Positions 21,501 through 29,979 of a stretch of DNA of 64,000 nt are shown here, piece after piece (within the stretch, counting starts at the first letter, position 1; the number at the start of each line of letters is the position of its first letter). The translations under genes were made by a program, and so were the position numbers. Origin of the DNA: an uncultured Acidobacteriota bacterium (GTDB lineage Bacteria; Acidobacteriota; Thermoanaerobaculia; Multivoradales; UBA5704); contig CAVYRF010000002.1 of the NCBI GenBank assembly GCA_963770895.1, positions 4,704,001-4,768,000 on the forward strand, in the 5' to 3' direction. A model generated the notes under the pieces. The model was not told the origin of the DNA and searched no databases. It was given only the letters and a program-made list of their open reading frames with translations.

Positions 21501-24500
21501 GCGATGATGGAGCCGATCCTGGACGCCTTCGCCGCGGAAGTTGCGCGCTGCGCCCCGCGGCCGCCGCGGCTGCGCTGGATCTCCAACCTGACCGGCACCT
21601 GGATCGACGCCGGCCAGGCCGCCGACCCCGCCTATTGGGCGCGCCACCTGCGCGGCACCGTGCGCTTCGCCGCCGGCCTGCGCGAGCTGTGCGCCGACCC
21701 CGGCCGCATCCTCCTGGAGGTCGGGCCCGGCAACGTCCTGGCGACGCTCGCCCGCCAGAACCTGGCCGCCGGCGATCGCCGCCAGGTGCTGACCACGCTG
21801 CCGCACCCGCAGGAGCCGCGCCCGGACGACCAGGTGGCGCTGCAAGCCCTGGGGCGCCTGTGGCTGGCCGGCGTCGCGATCGACGCCGAAGCCCTGGCAG
21901 CCCCGGCGCGCGCCGCCGGCACCCCGCCGCGGCGCGTCCCCCTGCCGCTCTATCCTTTCGAGCGCCAGCGCTACTGGCTGGAAGCGCAGCCCGCGGGCGC
22001 CGCGCTCGCCGGCGCCGCCGCGGCGCCGGCCGACGCCCTGGCCCGGCGCGACGATCCAGCCGACTGGACCTGGGCGCCCCTATGGCGCCAGACCGTGCAA
22101 CCGCCGCCGCTTCCCGCCGCCGCAGTCGCGCCTGGCGCTGCCGTCGCCGCAGCCACTGCGGTGGCCGCAGCGGGCGTACCTGCCGCCGCCGCGATCGCCG
22201 GCGGCGCTGGCGCGGCGGCTTCTGGCACTTCGACCGCTGCGGTCGCCGGTGGGGCCGCGGTGAGCGAGTTGTGGCTGTTGCTTGCTCCGGCGGCCGGTCC
22301 GGGCGTCGAGCTGGTCGCGGGCCTGGTGGCAGCCCTTACCGCCCGCGCCTACCGCGTCGTGCTGGCGCAGGACATCCCACCGGGCACGCGATCCGGCGCC
22401 GATAGCGAGGATGCGGATGCGGACGCACCCCTGGTTCGGCTGGCGCCGGGACACTATCGCTGCGACCTGGCGCGAGCGCAGGACGTGGTGCGGCTGATTG
22501 AGACGCTGCGCGCTGGCGGGGACGCGGCCCCGATCCGCGTGTTGCATCTGCTCAACGTCGGCGCGGCGCCCGGTGCGCGGGACGCGGCGTCGCTTTTGGC
22601 GGGGCTGCCGGCGGCTCGGCGCGCCGCATTCGACAGTCCGCTGGCGGTGGCCCGCGCTTTGGAGATTGCGCGGGCCGCATCGGATGCGCGGTTCATCCTG
22701 GTTGCGAGCCATCTGCACCGGCTGCCCGGCGATGCGGCGAGCTGCCCCGAAAGGGCGCTTCTTTTGGGACTGTCGGCGGTGATCCCGCAGGAGATCGAAG
22801 GGCTGGCATGCCGCGTGGTCGATCTGGCGCCGGCACCCGGCGACGAGGTCGCGGGCTCCGGCGCTCCTGGCGCGACCTTGACGGATGCGAACGGGGCGGC
22901 TGCCGCGGAGCTGGCCGAGGATCTGCTGGCGGAGGCCGGCGCTTGGGGTGGGGAGGCGGAGCCGGTGGTGGCGTGGCGCGACGGGGTGCGCTGGGTGCGC
23001 ACGTTCGGCCCGGCGCCGATCGGCGGCGCGGTGGACGCGGCGGCGGGCGGAACGCTGCCGCGGGTGCGCGACGGCGGCATCTACCTGATCACCGGTGGGC
23101 TGGGGGGCATCGGCCTGGCCCTGGCCGGTGAGCTGGCGGCGATGGCGCGGGTCAAGCTGGCGCTCCTGGGGCGGGGCGCGCTGCCGCCGCGCGAGCAGTG
23201 GGAGGCCGCCGCGGCGGCGGGCGACGCGCGGGTGCTCGGGGTGCTGGCGCTGGAGGCGGCGGGGGCGGAGGTGGCGACGGTGGCCGCGGACGTGGCGGAC
23301 CGCGGCTCGCTCGCCGCGGCGCTGGTCCAGGTGGAGGGCCGCCTGGGGGGCCTGGTGAGCGGCGTGATCCACGCCGCGGGCGTGCCCGGCGGGCGGCTGC
23401 TGCAGCTGGAAAGCGACGCGGGCGCGGCGGCGGTGCTGGCTCCCAAGGTCGCTGGGACGCTCAACCTGGCGGCGCTGCTGGATTCCCGCAAGCTGGACTT
23501 CTTTGTGCTGTGCTCGTCGCTCAACGCCACCCTGGGCGGCTTCGGCCAGGCCAGCTACGCGGCGGCCAACGCTTTCCTGGACGGCTTTGCCGCCGAGCGC
23601 GCGCGGCGCCGCGGCACGCGCTGGGTGGCGATGGGCTGGGACCGCTGGGAAGCGGTCGGCATGGCGGCGCGGTCGGCTTCGCCCGTGGCGCTGTGGCAGG
23701 GCGGCGGGTCGGGACGGGATGGCGGCGCTGGCGATGGGGCTGCCCCTGGCGCCGATGTCGTCGATCCCGCCGGCCGCGCCGATCCCGCCGATCGTGCCGA
23801 TCGTTTCGAGGGTACCAACAGTGCCGAGGGTGCCGACCGTGCCGATCGAGCCGCCGGCGCTGGCGGCGCCGATGCCGGAGCCGGACGGCACCCTCTTCTG
23901 GACGCCCAGGTGGAGCGCACCGGCGAGCGCGAGGTCTGGCTGTCGGAGCTGAGCGCCGAGCGGCACTGGGTGCTTGCGGAGCATCTGATCCTGGGGCGCC
24001 CGACGGTGCCGGGCACGACGTACCTGGAGATGGCGCGCGCGGCCTTTGCGCCGCGCGCCGGCGGCGGCGCGGTCGAGATCCGCGACGTGGTGTTTCCGCT
24101 GCCGCTGGCGGTGTCGGCGCGGGAGCGGCGCGAGGTGCGCACGATCCTGGACGACGTTGGCGACGGGTGCGAGTTTCGCGTCGTCAGCCGGCCGGCCGGG
24201 GCGTCCTGGCAGGAGCATGCGCGCGGGCGCCTGGCGGTGTCCGCGGAGCCGGCGCCGCCGCCGCGGGACGTGGCGGCGCTGCGGTCGGCCTGCACCCGCG
24301 GCGAGATCACCCAGCTCGCCAAGGAGGGCGGTTTTCTGCGCACCGGCCGCCGCTGGCAGTGCCTGCGCCGCGTGCTGTTGGGGGTGGACGAAAGCGTCGC
24401 CGAGCTGGTGGTGGACCAGGATCTGGAGGGGGAGCTGGGCGTCTTCGGGTTGCATCCGGCGGTGCTGGACGCGGCGGCCGGCGCGGTGCAGGTGCTGGGC

Positions 24501-25271
24501 GAGGGCGACTACCTGCCGCTGGCCTACGAGCGCCTGACCATCCACGCCGCCATGACCCGCCGCAGCTACAGTCACCTGCGCTTGCGCGGCGCGCCGGGCG
24601 ACGTGCTCACCTGCGACATCCAGCTGCTCGACCCATCCGGCCGCGTGCTGGTCGACGTCGCCGGCTTTTCGATGCGGCGAGTGCGGGCCGCGGCCGCCGC
24701 GCCGCTGGCCCACGTCGAGGCCGGCGGCATCCGGCCCCAGGAGGGGGCGGCCCTGCTGCGCCGCGTGCTGGCGGCCGGGGGCGGTGTGCCGCCGCAGCTG
24801 ATCGTTTCCACTCGCGCGCTGCCGGCGGTGCTGGACGCGGCGCGGGCGTTTGGCCGGCAGCGCCTGGCGGAGCGGCTGGACGGCGCGCCGCCGGCCGCGG
24901 TGCACGAGCGGCCGGCGGTGGCGACGGCCTATGCGCCTCCGGCGGACGACCTGGAGCGCCGGGTGGCGGCGGTGTGGGAGCGCGTGCTGGGCATCGATCA
25001 GGTGGGGGTGCACGACAACTTCTTCGAGCTGGGCGGCACCTCGCTGACGGGCATTCAGCTGGTCGCCGATCTCAAGCAGCAGCTCGGCGTCGAGGTGCCG
25101 ACGGTGGCGATCTTTCAGGCGCCGACCGTGGCGGCGCTGGTGCGCTACCTGCGGCCGGCGCCGCTGGCGCAGTCGCCGTTCGCCGCCGGCCGGGCGCGGG
25201 CGGAGATGAAAAAGCAGGTCTTTGCGCGCGCCCGGCGTGCGGGCGCGGGCAGCGCGAGGAAGGGGACATGA
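15540..25271 (+). CDS. Hybrid NRPS-PKS: T-C-A(Gly)-T-KS-AT(malonyl)-KR-DH-ACP
   Basis: LGLDSL; C domain HHLVADFGS; A domain YTSGSTGRPKG, SFDIAGLE and NLYGPTETTIW (code DILQLGLIWK = Gly); GGHSL; KS TACSTS/HGTGT/GHLD; AT GHSVG + HAFHS; KR GGLGGIG + YAAAN; DH HLILGRPTVP + LHPAVLD; ACP GGTSL. TTG start uncertain. Confidence 0.92.
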   Translation: MAPATAADLLALPVEDRTAALVAALRGWAAAALAVPAAALDPDRPLAALGLDSLAAVELAHEVEQQLGVAIPLTRLLDDATLHSLAAQLLEDLARRDEPEAPITHVPPAAGQADAPLSHGQQALWFLQRLAPHSAAYTIAAAVRVHGAFDAAALGRALAAVVDRHAALRTTFHDRAGLPVQRVHAALPPGFQVEDAAGLDGRQLAARLGRQVVEPPFDMAAGPLLRAAVLRIAPGEHALALAVHHLVADFGSLAVLFDELGRLYARETGGAAELAAPPDLTYADWVAWQRRRLAGPWGERQWEYWRQALTPLPPDLELPTDRPRPAVLTDRGDAVALRLGAGAAAAVRGLAAASSATLFATLLAGFQAVLGRFSGQDDVAVGCPVGGRRGAPGLARVVGYFVNPVVVRADLSRAPTFGELLHRVRSAALGALEHAGYPFALLTERLQPARSTSRSPVFQALFVLQRAPRAEQADLAPLALGEEGVDAALGPLAISSLALPGRPAQFDLALSLAEAGGAVGAGGAGGLGALGGVGAAGDDIALSLGFNADLFDRSTATRLAAAFRQLLVAAAADPGAAVGDLPLLAAAERFQLLAEWNASAADYPAHQTIDQLIAARAEQTPDRVAVEADDGALTCGELAARSLQLARHLRRLGVRAEVPVGVLAGRSCDMVVALLGVLQAGGAYVPLDPTYPAARLDLMLEDSGAPVVLTQQHLRSTLADLPGREVVCLDADWPRIAASAPDAPFTSRARPDQTAYLIYTSGSTGRPKGVEVSHRSLVNFLASMARQPGIDALDRLVSVTTLSFDIAGLEIYLPLAAGARLILASRQTASDGAALLGLLERAGVTVMQATPATWRLLLAAGWEGRPPLRVLCGGEALPRDLADRLAARGAAVWNLYGPTETTIWSAVARVAGSGAGGLANAADPVGAAGGSMLAIGRPIANTSLHVVDSRLHPAPIGVPGELLIGGHGVARGYRGRPDLTAERFIPDPWSEDAGARLYRTGDLTRRRGDGEIEFLGRLDHQVKIRGVRVELGEVEAAVAACAGVGQAVVAAQTDSSGLQRLVAYVVAAAGAAAPDPAALRREAAARLPEAYVPSLFQVLDRLPLTPNGKVDRRALPAAVPAVAAAAGGGAPPRSALERTVAGIWRDVLGLDRVGLHDNFFDLGGHSLLAAQVHARLREALQIELSLVDLFRHPTVAALAQALAPLAGGALSADGPGEAGDLAPGPSPPLAGGAAPGDAGTQVAIVGMAGRFPGAPSVADLWRRLRGGEECLTRLSAADLAAGGVSAAAAAAPGYVPVAGLVAEADCFDAAFFALNPREAELMDPQHRVFLECAWHALEDAGYDPRQYGGRIGLYAGAGINTYLHHAGVERVAALGGRHQAFIANDKDFVTTRASYKLDLRGPSINVQTACSTSLVAVHLACQALRAGDCDMALAGGVAIRSPQNVGYRWEEGGISSPDGHCRAFDAHAQGTVFGNGVGLLVLKPLARALADGDTVHAVIKGTAINNDGALKVGYTAPGVAGQAQVIAAALAAAGVDAGSVSFVEAHGTGTPMGDPIEVAALTQVFQAATARRGFCALGSVKTNLGHLDTAAGVAGMVKAVLALEHREIPPSLHFATANPRLDLAAGPFFVNTALLPWEAAADGAPRRAGVSSFGIGGTNAHVVLEEAPPPAAPTPVPAAAEGIATAGFAAAATAAEEAGPRAELLLLSARSAAARDQVSRRLAAALAERPDLALADVAHTLRVGRRAFAWRRMLVAADAADLGAAAAALAAHDPERVLSATVDEGAAPEVALLFSGQGSQHPGMARRLYAHQPVFRRALDECCELLRPHLHLDLRQLLFPAAGDQAAAAAALQETRLAQPALFAVEHSLARLWQAWGVHPAALLGHSVGEYVAACLAQVFSLPQALALVAARGRLMQAMPAGAMLGVQLSEADLLPLLGGELSLAAVNGPAATVVSGPGAAVAELERRLAARRVRHRRLHTSHAFHSAMMEPILDAFAAEVARCAPRPPRLRWISNLTGTWIDAGQAADPAYWARHLRGTVRFAAGLRELCADPGRILLEVGPGNVLATLARQNLAAGDRRQVLTTLPHPQEPRPDDQVALQALGRLWLAGVAIDAEALAAPARAAGTPPRRVPLPLYPFERQRYWLEAQPAGAALAGAAAAPADALARRDDPADWTWAPLWRQTVQPPPLPAAAVAPGAAVAAATAVAAAGVPAAAAIAGGAGAAASGTSTAAVAGGAAVSELWLLLAPAAGPGVELVAGLVAALTARAYRVVLAQDIPPGTRSGADSEDADADAPLVRLAPGHYRCDLARAQDVVRLIETLRAGGDAAPIRVLHLLNVGAAPGARDAASLLAGLPAARRAAFDSPLAVARALEIARAASDARFILVASHLHRLPGDAASCPERALLLGLSAVIPQEIEGLACRVVDLAPAPGDEVAGSGAPGATLTDANGAAAAELAEDLLAEAGAWGGEAEPVVAWRDGVRWVRTFGPAPIGGAVDAAAGGTLPRVRDGGIYLITGGLGGIGLALAGELAAMARVKLALLGRGALPPREQWEAAAAAGDARVLGVLALEAAGAEVATVAADVADRGSLAAALVQVEGRLGGLVSGVIHAAGVPGGRLLQLESDAGAAAVLAPKVAGTLNLAALLDSRKLDFFVLCSSLNATLGGFGQASYAAANAFLDGFAAERARRRGTRWVAMGWDRWEAVGMAARSASPVALWQGGGSGRDGGAGDGAAPGADVVDPAGRADPADRADRFEGTNSAEGADRADRAAGAGGADAGAGRHPLLDAQVERTGEREVWLSELSAERHWVLAEHLILGRPTVPGTTYLEMARAAFAPRAGGGAVEIRDVVFPLPLAVSARERREVRTILDDVGDGCEFRVVSRPAGASWQEHARGRLAVSAEPAPPPRDVAALRSACTRGEITQLAKEGGFLRTGRRWQCLRRVLLGVDESVAELVVDQDLEGELGVFGLHPAVLDAAAGAVQVLGEGDYLPLAYERLTIHAAMTRRSYSHLRLRGAPGDVLTCDIQLLDPSGRVLVDVAGFSMRRVRAAAAAPLAHVEAGGIRPQEGAALLRRVLAAGGGVPPQLIVSTRALPAVLDAARAFGRQRLAERLDGAPPAAVHERPAVATAYAPPADDLERRVAAVWERVLGIDQVGVHDNFFELGGTSLTGIQLVADLKQQLGVEVPTVAIFQAPTVAALVRYLRPAPLAQSPFAAGRARAEMKKQVFARARRAGAGSARKGT

Positions 25272-28200
25272 TCGGCGACGACGACCAGCCCGGCGGCGAG
25301 GCCAGCGGCCGCGAGATCGCGGTCGTCGGCATGGCCGGCCGCTTTCCCGGCGCGCGCGACCTGCGCCAGCTGTGGCAAAACCTGCGGCTGGGGGTCGAGG
25401 CGGTCACCTTTTTTTCCGACGAGGAGCTGCTGGCGGCGGGCGTCGCCGGCGACCAGCTGCGCGACCCGCGGTACGTCAAGGCCGGCAGCCTGCTGGCCGG
25501 GGTGGAGGATTTCGACGCCGGGTTCTTCGGCTACAACGCGCGCGAGGCGGAGGTCATGGACCCGCAGCAGCGGCTGTTCCTGGAGCACGCCTGGGAGGCG
25601 CTCGAGGACGCCGGCTATGCGCCGGATGCGTGTCCGGGGGTGGTGGGGATCTACGCCGGCGTCGCCTGGAACACCTACCTGCTGAGCAACCTGACCACCC
25701 ATCCCGAGCTGTTCGACGGCGGCGGCGCCTTCCAGGTCTTCATCGCCAACGACAAGGATTTCATGCCGTCCAAGGTCAGCTACAAGCTGAACCTGAAGGG
25801 ACCCAGCGTGGTGGTGCAGACCAGCTGCTCCACGTCGCTGGTGGCGATCCACCTGGCCTGCCTGTCGCTGCTCAGCTACGAGTGCGACACCGCCCTGGCC
25901 GGCGGCGTGACCATCAAGGTGCCGCAGGTCGCCGGCTACCACGCGCTGGACGGCGGGTTGGCCTCGCCGGATGGCCACTGCCGCGCCTTCGACGCGCGCG
26001 CCGCGGGCACGCTTTTCGGCAGCGGCGCCGGCGTCGTGGTGCTCAAGCGCCTGGCCGACGCGCTGGCCGACGGCGATGCGATCCGGGCGGTGATCAAAGG
26101 TTCGGCGATCAACAACGACGGCTCCCTCAAGGTGAGCTACACGGCGCCCAGCGTCGAGGGCCAGGCCGAGGTCATCGCTGCCGCGCAGGCGGTGGCCGGC
26201 GTCGATCCCTCCACTGTCACCTACGTCGAAGCCCACGGCACCGGCACCGCCCTGGGCGACCCCATCGAGGTGGCGGCCCTGACCAAGGTCTTCCGCGAAG
26301 CCACCGATCGCACCGGCTTTTGCGCCCTCGGCTCGATCAAGACCAACCTGGGCCACCTGGACGCCGCCGCCGGCGTCGCCGGCTTCCTCAAGACCGTGCT
26401 GTCGCTGGAGCATCGCGAGCTGCCGCCCAGCCTCCACTTCGAAGTGGCCAACCCGGCGATCGATTTTGCCGCCAGCCCCTTCTTCGTCAACCGCGAAGCG
26501 CGTCCCTGGCAGACCGACGACGGCCAGATCCGCCGCGCCGGCGTCAGCTCCTTTGGCGTCGGCGGCACCAACGCCCACGTCATCCTGGAGGAAGCGCCGC
26601 CGCCGGCACCCGCCGCCGCGTCGCGCCCCTGGCAGCTGCTGACCCTGTCGGCGCGCAGCGCCGCGGCCTTGGAGCAGGCGACCGACAATCTGCTCGCCTG
26701 GCTGCGCACCGGCAATGCCGGCGGCGGAGGGGAAGCCGGTGCTGCTGGCGCCGGCGCCGGTGGGGACGACCCGGACCTGGCCGACGCGGCGTGGACGCTG
26801 CGGGTCGGTCGGTCGGTCTTCCGCCACCGGCGCACGGTGGTGTGCCGCGATCGTGCGGGCGCCATTGCCGCCCTGGCGGCGCGCGACGACGCGGCGGCGG
26901 CTGGGCGGCTGGCGACCGCCGCCGATGCCGGCGATCCGCGCGAGCGCCCGGTGGTGTTCCTGCTGCCCGGACTGGCGGCGCCGCCGTCCCGGCTGGCGGT
27001 GGAGCTCGGCAGGGAGCCTGTCTTTGCTGCGGCGGTCGCGCGGGCCGGCGAGCTGCTTGCCGGCCGGGCCGGCCGTGACGGCGAGGCGGTCTCCCTGTTC
27101 GTTTTCGAGCACGCCCTGGCGCAGCTGTGGATCAGCTGGGGCATCGCGCCGGAAGCCCTGCTGGGCCATGGCATCGGCGAATGGGTGGCGGCCTGCCTGG
27201 CCGGCGTGATCGCGCTGCCCGACGCCCTGGCCCTGCTGGCCTTGCGCGATGGAGCCAATGGCGCCGATGACGCCGATAGCGCGGGCTTCGCGGCGGCGGT
27301 GGCGAAGGTGCCGCTGCGCGCGCCGCAGATTCCCTTCGTGTCGAGCGTCACCGGCACCTGGATCACGCCGGCGCAGGCAATGGCGCCGGCCTATTGGGCG
27401 CAGCTGCCGTGGCGGCCTGCGGCGGAGACCGCCTTGGGCGCGGGCTCCGGCGACGGCATCGCCCCAGCCGCGGGCACCTCTCCTGCCCCGGCAACCGCCA
27501 CTGCCGGCGGTATCGCCGCCGGGCTTGCAGAGCTGCTGGGCGACCCACGGCGCATCCTGCTGGAAGTCGGCGCCGGCGCCGGCCTGTGCGCGCTGGCCGA
27601 GGCGCTGCCGCGGCCTGCGGAGCTGGCGATCGTGCCGTCGCTCCCCGCCGCCATCGCCCTGGCCGCCGGCGGTGACGCCCAGGGAGCTGTCCTGGCCGCG
27701 CTCGGGCGCCTGTGGCTCGCCGGACGGCGCATCGACTGGAGCGGCTTTCACGACGGCGAGAGCCGCCGCCGCCTGGCGCTGCCCACCTATCCCTTCGAGC
27801 GCCAGCGCTATTGGATCGAGCCGCGGCCGCGCGCCGGGGGGCGTGAGCTGGTTGATGAGATTGCCGGCTCGCTCCAGCGCCGCCCGGACGTCGCCGACTG
27901 GTTCTGGCTGCCGGCGTGGCGGCCGGCTCTACCGGCGCGCGCCGCCTTGTCGCCGGCCCTGCCGCCGGACGGCCAGGTTCCCGCATCGCCGGCAGCGCCG
28001 GCCGTTGTGCCGTCCACCACCGATCGCTGGCTCATCCTGGCGCCGGCCAGCGGTCCAGGGGCGGCGCTGGCCCGCCACCTGGCACAGTCCTGCGGCGCAG
28101 GGGCCACGGCCGGTGGTGCCGAGCTTGGCGGGGCCGCGGCCGCTGAGGCTGGGAGCGGTGCCGCGCCGTCGCCGCGGGACCGCAGGGTCGTCATCGTCGA

Positions 28201-29944
28201 GCCTCTCGCTGCGGGCGGTGGGTTGCAGCGTCGCGAGGCCGGCAGCTTCGCAATCGACCCCCTGGACGCAAAGGCTTGGGAGGCACTGGCCGCGGCGCTG
28301 GCGGCGGAGGATGCGCTAGCCGACGTGGTGCTGCACCTGTGGGGGCTCGATTCGGCGACTCCCCAGGCGGGCACCGCGGCCGCTTTCGAGGCGGCGCAGG
28401 GGCCGGGCTTGTACGCCTTGATCGAGCTGGTGCGCGCCCTGGACCGGCGCGGGTGCACGCCGCGCGAGCTGACCGTGGCGGCGAGCGGGCTGCTGGGGCT
28501 GCACGCCGGCGAGGCGGTACGGCCCGAGCTGGCGCCGCTCCTGGGGCTGCTCCGCGTGTTGCCGCAGGAGGTCGCCGGCCTGGCGTGCCGCGCGCTGGAC
28601 GTGGACCTTGGCGCGCCGCGCGACCCGGCGGCGCTCGCCCGGCTGGAGGACGACCTCGCCGCCGAGATCGCGGCCGGTCCGGGTGCCGGCGATCGGGTGG
28701 CCTGGCGTGCCGGCCAGCGCTGGCTGCCGGCGCCGGCGGCGGTGCGGCTGGAGGATCCCGGCGCGGATGCGGCCGGCGTGCCGCGGCCGCTGCGGCGGGG
28801 CGGCGCGTACCTACTGACGGGGGGCCTTTCCGGCGACGGCTTCGGCCTGGCGCGCTGGCTGGCGCAGGCGGCCGGCGCCCGGCTGGCGCTGCTCGAGGAC
28901 CCGCGGGCGGCGGCGTGGGACGCGGCGCGAGTGCGGCAGCTGGAAGAGCTGGGCGCGCAGGTGTCGGTGCTGCCGGTGGTGCCGGGCGACGAGGCGGCGA
29001 CGCGGGCGGCGATCGCCCTGGCAGAGGAGCGGTTCGGCCCGCTGCACGGGGTGATCCATGCCGCAGGCGCCCAGGCGCAGAACGCATTTCGCCTGGTGCG
29101 CGAGCTGGACCGCGAAGCCTGTGGCTGGCATTTGCAGCCCAAGGCGCACGCCGCCTACGCGCTCGACCGCGCGCTGGCCGGCCGCGACCTGGATTTTTGC
29201 ATCCTGCTGTCGTCGCTGGCCGCCGACCTGGGAGGTGTGGCCAACGCCGCCTATGCCGCGGCGAACGCCTTTCTTGACGCCTTTGCCCAGGATCGCGCCC
29301 GCGGCGGCGGCCTGCCGTGGCGCAGCCTCGGCTGGGACCTGTGGGCGCTCGCCGGGGAGGGTGAGCCGGGCGGTGTCACCGCCATGCGCAGCGACCTGGC
29401 GGACCTGGCGATGTCGGCCGGCGAGGGTGCGGAGGCGTTCCGCCGCGCCGCGGCGGCGCCCAACGCCGACCGGTTGCTGGTCTCGACGGCGGACCTGGCG
29501 GCGCGCCTGGCGCAGGCCGGCGGGCGGCGCGGCGCCCACGCCCCCCGGCAGGTGGATGCGGCGGAGCGCCACCCGCGGCCGCCGCTCGCCGTGCCCTTTG
29601 CGCCGCCCGAAGGCGATCTGGAACGGCGCATCGCCGAGGTCTGGCAGGCGGCGCTCGGCTTTGCGGAGGTGGGCGTCGACGACAACTTCTTCGAGCTGGG
29701 CGGCGACTCCCTGGTCGCCGTGCAGGTGGCCTCCCGGCTGCAAGACGTGCTGGGCATCCAGCTGCAGGTCGCGACGCTCTACCAGGGGCTGACCATCCGC
29801 GCCCTGGCCGGCCTGCTCGGCCGCGACGGCGACGGCGCGGCAGCCGAGCTGGCCGCGCACCTGGCCGAACGCCGCCAGAGCATGGACCGCCGACGCGAAA
29901 TGCTGCAGCGCCGCCGCGCACGCAGCGAAGCCCTGCAGGATTGA
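25268..29944 (+). CDS. Type I PKS module: KS-AT(degenerate)-KR-ACP, no TE
   Basis: ATG overlaps the upstream stop; KS TSCSTS/HGTGT/GHLD; AT GHGIG lacks the catalytic Ser; KR TGGLSGDG...YAAAN; ACP GGDSL. Confidence 0.9.
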   Translation: MIGDDDQPGGEASGREIAVVGMAGRFPGARDLRQLWQNLRLGVEAVTFFSDEELLAAGVAGDQLRDPRYVKAGSLLAGVEDFDAGFFGYNAREAEVMDPQQRLFLEHAWEALEDAGYAPDACPGVVGIYAGVAWNTYLLSNLTTHPELFDGGGAFQVFIANDKDFMPSKVSYKLNLKGPSVVVQTSCSTSLVAIHLACLSLLSYECDTALAGGVTIKVPQVAGYHALDGGLASPDGHCRAFDARAAGTLFGSGAGVVVLKRLADALADGDAIRAVIKGSAINNDGSLKVSYTAPSVEGQAEVIAAAQAVAGVDPSTVTYVEAHGTGTALGDPIEVAALTKVFREATDRTGFCALGSIKTNLGHLDAAAGVAGFLKTVLSLEHRELPPSLHFEVANPAIDFAASPFFVNREARPWQTDDGQIRRAGVSSFGVGGTNAHVILEEAPPPAPAAASRPWQLLTLSARSAAALEQATDNLLAWLRTGNAGGGGEAGAAGAGAGGDDPDLADAAWTLRVGRSVFRHRRTVVCRDRAGAIAALAARDDAAAAGRLATAADAGDPRERPVVFLLPGLAAPPSRLAVELGREPVFAAAVARAGELLAGRAGRDGEAVSLFVFEHALAQLWISWGIAPEALLGHGIGEWVAACLAGVIALPDALALLALRDGANGADDADSAGFAAAVAKVPLRAPQIPFVSSVTGTWITPAQAMAPAYWAQLPWRPAAETALGAGSGDGIAPAAGTSPAPATATAGGIAAGLAELLGDPRRILLEVGAGAGLCALAEALPRPAELAIVPSLPAAIALAAGGDAQGAVLAALGRLWLAGRRIDWSGFHDGESRRRLALPTYPFERQRYWIEPRPRAGGRELVDEIAGSLQRRPDVADWFWLPAWRPALPARAALSPALPPDGQVPASPAAPAVVPSTTDRWLILAPASGPGAALARHLAQSCGAGATAGGAELGGAAAAEAGSGAAPSPRDRRVVIVEPLAAGGGLQRREAGSFAIDPLDAKAWEALAAALAAEDALADVVLHLWGLDSATPQAGTAAAFEAAQGPGLYALIELVRALDRRGCTPRELTVAASGLLGLHAGEAVRPELAPLLGLLRVLPQEVAGLACRALDVDLGAPRDPAALARLEDDLAAEIAAGPGAGDRVAWRAGQRWLPAPAAVRLEDPGADAAGVPRPLRRGGAYLLTGGLSGDGFGLARWLAQAAGARLALLEDPRAAAWDAARVRQLEELGAQVSVLPVVPGDEAATRAAIALAEERFGPLHGVIHAAGAQAQNAFRLVRELDREACGWHLQPKAHAAYALDRALAGRDLDFCILLSSLAADLGGVANAAYAAANAFLDAFAQDRARGGGLPWRSLGWDLWALAGEGEPGGVTAMRSDLADLAMSAGEGAEAFRRAAAAPNADRLLVSTADLAARLAQAGGRRGAHAPRQVDAAERHPRPPLAVPFAPPEGDLERRIAEVWQAALGFAEVGVDDNFFELGGDSLVAVQVASRLQDVLGIQLQVATLYQGLTIRALAGLLGRDGDGAAAELAAHLAERRQSMDRRREMLQRRRARSEALQD

Positions 29945-29979
29945 TCCCCGGCCGCGGCTGAACCAGGTCGCCCGCGCGC

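Noticed and set aside
15510-21845. 2111-aa minus-strand ORF and other very long overlapping ORFs (e.g. 15284-19693, 10564-14310, 22080-25013)
   Set aside because: Shadow ORFs of real high-GC genes; Arg/Gly/Ala-rich with no motifs
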